Below, piece by piece: positions 28,771 to 36,664 of a DNA stretch of 64,000 nucleotides (position 1 is the first letter of the stretch; each line of letters begins with the position of its first letter). Source of the DNA: Candidatus Binatia bacterium (lineage in GTDB: Bacteria; Desulfobacterota; Binatia; HRBIN30). The translations under genes were made by a program, and so were the position numbers. The notes under the pieces are model-generated. The model made no database searches, had not been told where the DNA came from, and was given only the letters and a program-made list of their open reading frames with translations. The stretch is from contig CALAMI010000008.1 of the NCBI GenBank assembly GCA_937925685.1, positions 142,191-206,190 of the forward strand. The letters run 5' to 3'.

Positions 28771-29304
28771 ATGCTGGACGAGATCTTCTCCGAAGAGGAG
28801 GAAATCCAGGCTGAACGTGAGGCCGAAGCGGCACGGCTAGGAGCACAGGTTCTTGGGTTGCCCATTAAAGAACTCTCTACACTGAAGCCCCCAGTGTGTG
28901 TTGCCCAAGGAACTTCCCTTCGGGTGGCGATCGAGCGCATGAACGAATCGGGGGTGGGCTGCGTGCTAGTGGAGGATCAAGGGCGTTTGTGCGGGATTTT
29001 TACCGAACGGGATGTGCTGACGAAGGTTGTCGGAAAACCTTTCGATCTCGATAGCGAGCAAGTGCAAACGTTCATGACCCCGGATCCAGAGGTTCTCTCC
29101 CCCGACGACCGGGTGAGCTTCGCTTTGAACCTGATGACTGTTGGAGGGTTTCGCCACGTGCCGCTCGTGGACAAGGAGGGCCGCCCAGCAGGGGTCGTAT
29201 CGATGCGGAACGTGGTCGATTACATGGTCGAGGTGTTCCGTACCGAAGTACTGAACCTTCCCCCATCGCCTCGTCACCTCGTGCACTCGCGCGAGGGTGG
29301 ATGA
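28771..29304 (+). CDS. CBS domain pair protein
   Basis: Two CBS motifs: VCVAQGTSLRVAIERMNESGVGCVLVED...GIFTERDVL and FMTPDPEVLSPDDRVSFALNLMTVGGFRHVPLVDKEGRPAGVVSMRNVVDYM. Confidence 0.85.
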   Translation: MLDEIFSEEEEIQAEREAEAARLGAQVLGLPIKELSTLKPPVCVAQGTSLRVAIERMNESGVGCVLVEDQGRLCGIFTERDVLTKVVGKPFDLDSEQVQTFMTPDPEVLSPDDRVSFALNLMTVGGFRHVPLVDKEGRPAGVVSMRNVVDYMVEVFRTEVLNLPPSPRHLVHSREGG

Positions 29305-29376
29305 GGACTCGCCACTGCGCTGGCACGGCGCGGAGTGACACCGAGCTGAAAGCCGCGTCGGGGCGGCGTTGAGCTC

Positions 29377-29394
29377 AGGCGTCTACGCCTTTTC
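29377..29394. terminator. weak candidate bidirectional terminator hairpin between convergent genes
   Basis: AGGCG-TCTA-CGCCT short stem-loop followed by TTTT; marginal stem length. Confidence 0.25.
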
Positions 29395-29500
29395 CGTTCT
29401 GCTCCATTTCCCCGAGGTCGTTTCGGCATGGACTGGCGCACCGCTGGCGAGGATCGTTTGCGAACGTCCTGTTCTGTGTGCCAGCGAGCTCGCCTGCCGG

Positions 29501-32098
29501 CTACAAGTCTGCACCGAGTTGCAACACTTCCAGCTCGTTTTGATCGATCTGGATTCGCGCCACGCGACGCCGCCATGGATAGAACAGTGGAGCATCGTCG
29601 GAGATCTGACGTGCCACGGCTAAAAGCGAGCCGTTGTCGACCCAAGCAACTTGGAAGAAATCGAGTTCTGGGTCGGCCCAGGCCTTCACCTCTTGCTCGG
29701 TTAGGTCCAACACGTAAACTTGGCGCCTTGTACGGGGGTACTGGCGTTTCGGCGCCGCCACTAGGGCGAGCTGACTTGCGTCGGGGCTGAGCGTCATGTC
29801 ACTGAGCATCACCGCGCCTTGCACCAAAGCACGCGCTGGCGTGCCTGCGGGCGAAATCTCCCAAATATCCCATACGGGACCAGTTGCGATCCCCACGAGT
29901 AAGGATTCATCCGCACCCTTCCAGGCCACGAAGTGCAGATACTTTTCCCAAGCCAACAGAGTTTCCATCGGACTTGCCGCCCCTCTCCAGAGCAACAACG
30001 AACCCTCTCCCCCACGGTTGGCCACGAGCGCAAGGTGCCCCGCATTCGGCAATGGTACCAGCGTTTCGATACTGGCCCCCGGCACCTGCAACACAGTGTG
30101 TGAGCGTCCGGCGGGGCCGTAGCGCACCACTTTGTCCCCGATAGCGGCCAGAATTGCCCCGCCGTCGGAAGGAACTGCTGCTGTTCCGGCTCCGATCGCC
30201 CGACGGCTGCCATCGGCTTCTAGAACTACGACGAGTCCCTGCCCCGGTGTGGCGGTAGCCACATTTACGACGAACCAGCCGTGGTCACGATCCAAAGACG
30301 GGGCTTGGAGAAGTCCGCTTTCGAACTGCCACTCCTTTACGTCCTCTGGCGACACACGCAAACGGGCTCGCGCTCTAGACCACGGGAATGGCTCGCCCGT
30401 GACTACCAAAGTACCACGCTCGCTTGGCCTGACGAACAGTGGTTCCTCGCGTCTAGGGTAACGGTTGTTCTCACGGTTCAAGTCTGCCCACTGCAAGTAG
30501 GGATCGACGAGAACTTCCGCATCGGCGTTGTTCAGCCGAATTTCACTGGGAGGAACAAGCTCCAGGCGGCGAGGCTCGGCAGAGCCGGGCTCGCGGATGA
30601 CCACCGTCACTGGCCACTGTGCTTTCGCGCTTCCCACGTTGCTGAGGATCAAGGTTCCGGGAGAGACCGCGTCTACGGCGAGGTCCAGCGTTTGCCGGCC
30701 GCTGACGAAGGATTCGAAGAAATCGCCGAGAGATTGGCCACTCACCCGCTCGAAAACTTCCTGGACCTCAGAGGCGCCAATTTCCCGCGTCGCGTGTTTC
30801 TGCAGAATCTCCCGCAAGGCAGTAAGAAAAACATCGTTACCAACGATATGGCGCAGCATCCACAAGACGTAGGCGCCCTTTCGGTAAATGGTTTCGCGAC
30901 CGTGCGCTTGGGGTAGTGCGTTGTCGAGGACTGTCATATCGGCAAGCGCCTTTTGATTTCGTGGATCGTAAAATTCCCCGAGCAAGCGCTTCACTACTGC
31001 GTCTGCACCGTACACCGCCTCGGTAGCGAGAAGACTACTTAACTCAGCGAAACCCTCGATGATCCATTGGGCGGCGTTGCGGGTGCGTAACCAGCCCCCG
31101 GTCACCGTTCCTCCCCACCAGCAATGCGCGAGTTCGTGGGTGACGAGTGCAAAGCCAGCATCCTCGCTTGCTAAAGCTCGGCGCGGAATGCCGACCACCC
31201 CCGCCCCGTCATGAAAGCCGCGGCTCAATGTGGGGTGCACGAACAAACTCGTGAGCGGGAGGCGACAGGGGCCCAAGCGGTTGGCAAGTGCTTGGTAGCC
31301 GTTTTCCATGGTGTCGAGGAGCGCCTCGGGGTCGAGATTTTCTCCCACCGGCACGTAGGCACGCAGCCGTTGCGTACCCGCCCAGCGCTCGTGGTACCGG
31401 TAGGCACCTGCTACGAGCCCAAAGCCGGCAATCGGCTGATCGCTCTCCCAGCGGTGTTCGCGATGTCCTCCTCGCCACGATACCTCTGTAGCTGGTCCGC
31501 TTGCGACCAGCTCCCACGTACTCGGTAGTTGAACGCGTGCTACCAAAGAAAAGAAATTTTGCGCATCCAGCGGATACCAGAGACAGTGCGGACTGAGCAA
31601 AACCTCGGCCGCATCGATGCGGCAGTCCTCTGGCTGCAAGCGTGGGCTACCTTCATAATCGACTCGAACTTCCTGGATGGAGTCCGTTCGCAGAGCCATG
31701 GGAATTTGCACCACAGGGCCGAGCTGCACCCAAGGTAAGGGGGTCGGCGCTCCTTTGGGGCCGAGGCGTTGAACTCGCACGATACGAAAACCGGGGTCGA
31801 GAAGAAGATAGATTGCCGCCCGATCGCGCTGAAGAATGCGCACCCGCAGCGTTGCCGCGGCAACGAGTTCCCTCTGTTTCGCTTTCACCCGGGCGTCGAG
31901 AGTTAGAGCTTCGATCTGCTGCCCGATAAACACGGAATGCAGCCGCCCCAAGGCTTGTCGCATGACAGCAAGGTCGGCAGTGTGCACAGTGTGCCAACAG
32001 AGAAACGCGACGATGGTGAAGAGCACTGCCACCGTCCATCCACCCAGCTCGGCCACCCCAATGACCAGTCGGGCAACTGTTCGAGCCCACGTAAGCAT
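29501..32098 (-). CDS. membrane-anchored M1-family (gluzincin) metallopeptidase-like protein with C-terminal beta-propeller-like region
   Basis: HELAHCWWGGTVTGGW (HEXXH), then WIIEGFAELSS ~20 aa later (third-ligand Glu, as in the M1 WLNEGFA motif). N-terminal TM helix. No GAMEN exopeptidase motif found. Confidence 0.8.
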   Translation of the reverse strand: MLTWARTVARLVIGVAELGGWTVAVLFTIVAFLCWHTVHTADLAVMRQALGRLHSVFIGQQIEALTLDARVKAKQRELVAAATLRVRILQRDRAAIYLLLDPGFRIVRVQRLGPKGAPTPLPWVQLGPVVQIPMALRTDSIQEVRVDYEGSPRLQPEDCRIDAAEVLLSPHCLWYPLDAQNFFSLVARVQLPSTWELVASGPATEVSWRGGHREHRWESDQPIAGFGLVAGAYRYHERWAGTQRLRAYVPVGENLDPEALLDTMENGYQALANRLGPCRLPLTSLFVHPTLSRGFHDGAGVVGIPRRALASEDAGFALVTHELAHCWWGGTVTGGWLRTRNAAQWIIEGFAELSSLLATEAVYGADAVVKRLLGEFYDPRNQKALADMTVLDNALPQAHGRETIYRKGAYVLWMLRHIVGNDVFLTALREILQKHATREIGASEVQEVFERVSGQSLGDFFESFVSGRQTLDLAVDAVSPGTLILSNVGSAKAQWPVTVVIREPGSAEPRRLELVPPSEIRLNNADAEVLVDPYLQWADLNRENNRYPRREEPLFVRPSERGTLVVTGEPFPWSRARARLRVSPEDVKEWQFESGLLQAPSLDRDHGWFVVNVATATPGQGLVVVLEADGSRRAIGAGTAAVPSDGGAILAAIGDKVVRYGPAGRSHTVLQVPGASIETLVPLPNAGHLALVANRGGEGSLLLWRGAASPMETLLAWEKYLHFVAWKGADESLLVGIATGPVWDIWEISPAGTPARALVQGAVMLSDMTLSPDASQLALVAAPKRQYPRTRRQVYVLDLTEQEVKAWADPELDFFQVAWVDNGSLLAVARQISDDAPLFYPWRRRVARIQIDQNELEVLQLGADL

Positions 32099-32235
32099 GC
32101 GCGGGGTTCATACGTATGCTGGCTAGGGGATGTCAATGTACGCCAGATCAGGAACCCCAGTGGAGCGCGAGCTACGCAAGTGGTTGACACCTTCGCTCAG
32201 GCTGGCGACACTCGGGAATACGCTGTAGAGGAGCC

Positions 32236-32781
32236 ATGAAGACGTCGACTGGAATGCGTTGGCTGAAAGAGCTGTGGTTGGTCGTTCGAGTGGTGGGAAC
32301 GTTCTTGCTGATTATTCTCCTCGTGTTCTTGGCGAGCGACTACGCACCCGTGGCGGAGCGGGTGAATTTCGCTGTCTGGATGGCCCGCTTCGCTACATGG
32401 GGGAGTTCGTTTTTTCTGCAACTTCTTGGTCCCCTTCTGGGTTTTGCCGTGTCCGTGGATGGAACCCGGATCAGCGCTGGTGGTTTCGCAGTCGACGTGA
32501 CCGAAGCGTGCTCCGGTGTGGTCCCGACAGCAATTTACAGCGCTGCTGTGATCGCATACCCGGCATCGTGGAGCGCTCGCTGCGTCGGGTTGGCACTGGG
32601 GGCCGTGGTGATTCATGCGTTGAACGTGTTGCGGGTGGTGGGGTTGTTTTTGGTTGGTCTGTTTGCCAACCCCTACTTTCACTACACACATGTGTACTTG
32701 GCTCAGGCGTTGATCATCGTCGCCGCGGTGGCCACGTGGCTTTATTGGGCGCAACGGTTCGTGAATGTCTCTAGCCGTTGA
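32236..32781 (+). CDS. exosortase/archaeosortase family protein (minimal, 181 aa)
   Basis: Five hydrophobic helices. Catalytic-Cys motif GGFAVDVTEACSGVVPT and the N..R motif IHALNVLRVVGLFLV, characteristic of exosortases (EpsH-like). Confidence 0.75.
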   Translation: MKTSTGMRWLKELWLVVRVVGTFLLIILLVFLASDYAPVAERVNFAVWMARFATWGSSFFLQLLGPLLGFAVSVDGTRISAGGFAVDVTEACSGVVPTAIYSAAVIAYPASWSARCVGLALGAVVIHALNVLRVVGLFLVGLFANPYFHYTHVYLAQALIIVAAVATWLYWAQRFVNVSSR

Positions 32782-33382
32782 GCCGCTGAAGTTCCTTGGC
32801 CGCCTATTGGTGGCGTTTGTCGCGTTCTTTGCTGCCTGGCTCGCTATTGGCCCGGCGTACACGTCCATGTTGGCAGCGTTGGCTGAGCTTACGGTGAGCG
32901 TCGTGGATCGGCCGACGCACGTTTGGTCCCAAGGAACTACTGTGTTCTTTTGGCCTCGGGGCTACCCGGTGCCGACAGCCCCTCCGAGTATTGCCGCGGA
33001 GTGGATTCAAGCGAACACAATTTTGCTTCTTGCCTTGATGGTTGCCACCGCGGCCCCAACATGGCGAGCCAAGGGCAAACGCATGCTCATCGCTCTTGTC
33101 CTGGTGCTCCTCTGGCAGGTCCTCGATGTTACCTTGGCCATTGAGTTCGGGTATGCCACGCAGTTGGATCCTTATTCGTACAATGCTGCTACAAGATACC
33201 GGCTCGCCTTGTTTACGAACTTGGCCATGTACTTGGACACGCAAATCATTCCGTTCATGATTTGGGCGGGTATTCACTTCCGTGAGTTGTTAGCGATTGC
33301 AGGCACAGTGCACGGCAGGGAAGCTCTGGCTGGGGGGCGGGCACGCCGTGGAAGGGCGACGTCGAAACGTTATTCCGCTTGA
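32765..33382 (+). CDS. polytopic membrane protein overlapping the exosortase by 17 nt in another frame (possible exosortase partner/EpsI-like or second half of a split gene)
   Basis: Hydrophobic helices (LLVAFVAFFAAWLAIGPAY, TILLLALMVATAAP, MLIALVLVLLWQVL, LALFTNLAMYL, IIPFMIWAGIHF); the start codon is uncertain. Confidence 0.45.
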   Translation: MSLAVEPLKFLGRLLVAFVAFFAAWLAIGPAYTSMLAALAELTVSVVDRPTHVWSQGTTVFFWPRGYPVPTAPPSIAAEWIQANTILLLALMVATAAPTWRAKGKRMLIALVLVLLWQVLDVTLAIEFGYATQLDPYSYNAATRYRLALFTNLAMYLDTQIIPFMIWAGIHFRELLAIAGTVHGREALAGGRARRGRATSKRYSA

Positions 33383-36300
33383 ATCGACTCCAACCGGAAA
33401 AGGTGAGGCGCAAGTGCCCGGGCGGTACTCTCTATTTCGATCCATAGGGTAACAGGACCTGAAAACGGCTGCGACCTGGCCGCGGCAATCCGCAAGTGCC
33501 CGCCGCTCGCGCGTTGGGCTAACAGCGTTCCAGCTCGAGCATCCCCAGTTAACCGTGCCCGTACCGCTTGGAGCGCTGCTGGTTCATAACGAATCGAAAC
33601 CTCGAGGGCGGTGAACGGGACGGGAGAAAGGATGTTGTAAGGGAAGCGGTGAACCATCGTGCGGCCACGCCGTGTCAGGCGCGGCGACCCCCGGTGGAGT
33701 CTAACCGGCGCATCGATAGCGAGCGTCGACGAAGCTTGCCACGACCCGTTCACGTCGCCCAAGAATATACCGATGAAGTTCTGGCCGCCCGCTGCCTCTA
33801 GTAAAGGAGTGTAAGCAATAGCTCCAGCGATACATGGAACGGCGGAGGGTTGGGGTGAAATGAGTTGCTGGTTCGGTAGCGGATCAGGTAGGGGTAAAAA
33901 GATCCACGGCGATCCACAGTGGCTGGCTGCCGGGAAAGCCCCGATGGCACCGACAACGTACTGAAGAACGAGCGCAGCGTCTGCAGCCGTTACCTGGCCA
34001 GAGGCGTTCACATCCGCGGCGAGAAGCGCGGCGGCATCGAGGGAGCGCATACCCACGAGGTACTGCAAAATGGCCACCGCATCGCTTGCGCTGACCGGTG
34101 AAATAGCAAGCGCGAGGCTAGACGATGGCTCGAGTTGCAAGGGGCCCGTCGGCACGGAGGTAAAAGCAAACGTTCCGTTGCCGTCTGTAATTGTCTCGAT
34201 CGGTGGGTTGGTGAGACGCACCCGAACCCCAGCCATCGGCCGCCCGTTGCCATGATACCGAACAGTGCCGGAGACCGAGGTGGTAGGTACCGGCGTGAAT
34301 GTGGGGGAGGGAGTGATGGAAGGCGTGCGTGTGGGACTCGCAGAGGCACTTGGAGAAGGCGTGCGGGTAGGGGTGCTGGATGCAGTGGCTGTGCGGCTAG
34401 CCGTTTGCGATGGAGTTGCGGTGACGGTGGCCGAAGGAGTGGCTGTGAGAGAGGGCGTAGCGGTACGTGTGGAGGTGAAGGGTACGGTTGGAGTGGGCGT
34501 TCGAGTAGGCGTCGTCGTTCGCGTGTCCGTGGCTGTTGGGGTCCATGTGCTTGTGGGTGAGGAGGAAGGGGTTGGGGTCGCCGTTGGTGTGAGGCTCGGT
34601 AAAGGTGTGTGAGTAGCTGTTGGGGTTGCGGTCAGCGTGTGCGTAAAAGTGGGTGTCAGGGTCGGTGAACGGGAAGGCGTTAACGTCCATGTAGCTGTTG
34701 GCGTCCGGGTAGGCGTGAGAGTCATCGTGAACGTGGGTGGGAGAGTGTGAGTCGCGGTTGCAGTTGACGAGGGCGTAGCCGTCGACGACGGGGTAGCCGT
34801 CTGGGTTGGCGACGACGTGTGAGTCGGACTCAGTGTTATTGTCGGGGTTTGGGTCGGCGGCAAAGTGGACGTGCTCGTTGGCGTTTGCGACGGCGTTCCT
34901 GTTGCGGTCGGCGTGGGTGTTTCCGTGGCAGTTGCGGAGATCGTCGCCGTCCACGTGAAGGTGGCAGTCGCACTGGGCGTAGGGGTAAATGAAGGTGTCC
35001 GGCTGGCGGTTGCCGTTCGCGACGGGGTTGCGGTTGCCGTTGCAGTGCGCGTAGGTGTGGCCGTCGGGGACGGGGTAAAGGTGCGGCTGGGAGTGATCGT
35101 AAAGGTCGTGCTAGGGGTACGCGTGGGTGTGGGCGTTGGCGAGAAGCTGCGGGTTGGCGATGAGCTTGGTGTCGCTGTGGGCGATCGGCTTGGGGTCCAA
35201 GTGGCTGTGGCCGTAACGGTTGGAGTCTCCGTTGCGGTGCGGGTTTCTGTCGGCGTAAACGATGGGCCTGTGTATGGGTAGACGAACTGCATTGCAGCGA
35301 TGTCATCCGCGCGTACTTGAGCACAACGTCCATCGTTGTGGGCTCGATAGTACATGGTGGCGTCCTTCAGCGTGAAGTTCGGTTCTGTCGGGTTTTCCGA
35401 CGAATGTCCGAGCCCGATACTGTGGCCCACTTCGTGAGTCAGTACCTCGGCAACTAGACAGGGCGTCCAGAAACTAGGGCACTGGCTCGACCACCCATTG
35501 TTGAGCACGATCTTGCCTGTAGTGATGGCAATGAAAGTCGTTCCGTTGACGGTCTTTTGGCTGATGGTGCTCGAACAATACCCCCCGATGCCTAGGGTTC
35601 CCGAACAGTTACTCGGATCGGAGATTTCTCCTCGTGGGTCGTCAAAAATGATTCGATTGTAGGCGCAGCCTCCATATCCTAGGGGTGTCGGAGTCGGGAA
35701 ACCTGGAGCCGGTGTGGGCGTGGGAGCGATGAGCCCCCCATAATCGAGCACCAGTCCTGCCCCCGGCACGCTGCTCCACGCAGCCAATGCATCGCTCACC
35801 GCTTGTATGGACGCAGCAACACCAAGGCCTGCGTCGGTAGTGCTCACATACGACACGGGCGTACCTGTGTCTGCCTCATGCCAGCGGGCCGGCGGGCTAC
35901 CGAGCAACGTGAACGCTGCGTGGTACTCGTAGAGCCCGTCGTCCGGTCCGGCCGGGATTGTGGGAGTGGGTCTAGGTAGAGGTGAAGAATGGACCGAGGG
36001 AAAACCAACCAGGTGCCGAACGCGCTCGACGAATGCCTGCAAATCTTCTTCGCGAGGGGCTGGCGAGACAAAGGCTCCATCGGGATTGAGCAGCGCTGTG
36101 CCCTGGCCGAGCTCCCGCACCACGACCGAGGTGCCATTGCCACGGCGGCGAATGCCGAATTTACCCCAGCCCAGGGAGTTTGTTTGCCACACACCGCCCC
36201 CGTTTCGCACGAGGAACAGGAGGACTTCTTCCTGCAGGAAAAACTGGGGTGCGCCGAAAATCCACTCGATGCGGTCGGCCACTTGGCCACCAGGCAGTTG

Positions 36301-36558
36301 CAACACCACACTGGGCTCGACGATGGGTCCCTTGAGAACCTCGTAAACCTCGATGGTGATGCGAGTGACAATGCTTTGGTCGATCTCGTCGATAAAGGAG
36401 CCGATGGCGGAGACGCGGCCGAGAACGATCGCTTCCGAGCTTTCCACTAGCACTTCATCGCTCATCGGCACGAAAGTCGTAGCCTCGCTCGTCGATCGGA
36501 GGGGGACAGTCGAGAGGAAGGTCAAAGAAAGGAACCACACGTGAAATTTGCGATTCAT
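33370..36558 (-). CDS. secreted matrixin-like metzincin protease with Thr/Pro linker, CarboxypepD_reg-like domain, dockerin-like module and a conserved C-terminal domain
   Basis: Signal peptide MNRKFHVWFLSLTFLSTVPL with AAGGA RBS. HEVGHSIGLGHS (HExxHxxGxxH) at nt 35401-35436. ~330 aa TPT/TPS linker. VSGTVRYHGNGRPMAGVRVRLTN...TDGNGTFAF. SASDAVAILQYLVG...ADVNASGQVTAADAALVLQYVVG dockerin-like. Confidence 0.8.
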   Translation of the reverse strand: MNRKFHVWFLSLTFLSTVPLRSTSEATTFVPMSDEVLVESSEAIVLGRVSAIGSFIDEIDQSIVTRITIEVYEVLKGPIVEPSVVLQLPGGQVADRIEWIFGAPQFFLQEEVLLFLVRNGGGVWQTNSLGWGKFGIRRRGNGTSVVVRELGQGTALLNPDGAFVSPAPREEDLQAFVERVRHLVGFPSVHSSPLPRPTPTIPAGPDDGLYEYHAAFTLLGSPPARWHEADTGTPVSYVSTTDAGLGVAASIQAVSDALAAWSSVPGAGLVLDYGGLIAPTPTPAPGFPTPTPLGYGGCAYNRIIFDDPRGEISDPSNCSGTLGIGGYCSSTISQKTVNGTTFIAITTGKIVLNNGWSSQCPSFWTPCLVAEVLTHEVGHSIGLGHSSENPTEPNFTLKDATMYYRAHNDGRCAQVRADDIAAMQFVYPYTGPSFTPTETRTATETPTVTATATWTPSRSPTATPSSSPTRSFSPTPTPTRTPSTTFTITPSRTFTPSPTATPTRTATATATPSRTATASRTPSFTPTPSATATFTWTATISATATETPTPTATGTPSQTPTSTSTLPPTQTPTITLSPTHTSSPTQTATPSSTATPSSTATATHTLPPTFTMTLTPTRTPTATWTLTPSRSPTLTPTFTHTLTATPTATHTPLPSLTPTATPTPSSSPTSTWTPTATDTRTTTPTRTPTPTVPFTSTRTATPSLTATPSATVTATPSQTASRTATASSTPTRTPSPSASASPTRTPSITPSPTFTPVPTTSVSGTVRYHGNGRPMAGVRVRLTNPPIETITDGNGTFAFTSVPTGPLQLEPSSSLALAISPVSASDAVAILQYLVGMRSLDAAALLAADVNASGQVTAADAALVLQYVVGAIGAFPAASHCGSPWIFLPLPDPLPNQQLISPQPSAVPCIAGAIAYTPLLEAAGGQNFIGIFLGDVNGSWQASSTLAIDAPVRLHRGSPRLTRRGRTMVHRFPYNILSPVPFTALEVSIRYEPAALQAVRARLTGDARAGTLLAQRASGGHLRIAAARSQPFSGPVTLWIEIESTARALAPHLFRLESIQAE
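33943..34107 (-). other. dockerin-like module of the metzincin protein
   Basis: ISPVSASDAVAILQYLVGMRSLDAAALLAADVNASGQVTAADAALVLQYVVGA (two Ca-loop/helix repeats, the first degenerate). Confidence 0.55.
34279..35259 (-). repeat. Thr/Pro/Ser linker-coding tandem repeats inside CDS
   Basis: Repetitive ACNCCNAC-type codon repeats encoding TPT(A/E/R/S)TPT; coordinates derived from residue counting. Confidence 0.5.
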
Positions 36559-36664
36559 ATGCGATCCTTCGTCCGACTGTGTTGCCTCGGTTAATTTGAT
36601 GCCTGGGTGCGTGCCCGCTTACAAGCGATAAATTTTGGTAGCCTCTCCCCCGAGGCAGCTCGTG

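Noticed and set aside
34265-35281. V/G/D-rich plus-strand ORFs (e.g. 34265-34612, 34865-35281), with similar ones at 37617-38801 and 45562-46989
   Set aside because: These are reverse-complement translations of TPT-linker repeats (ACN codons become NGT = Val/Gly); they are artefacts, not genes.
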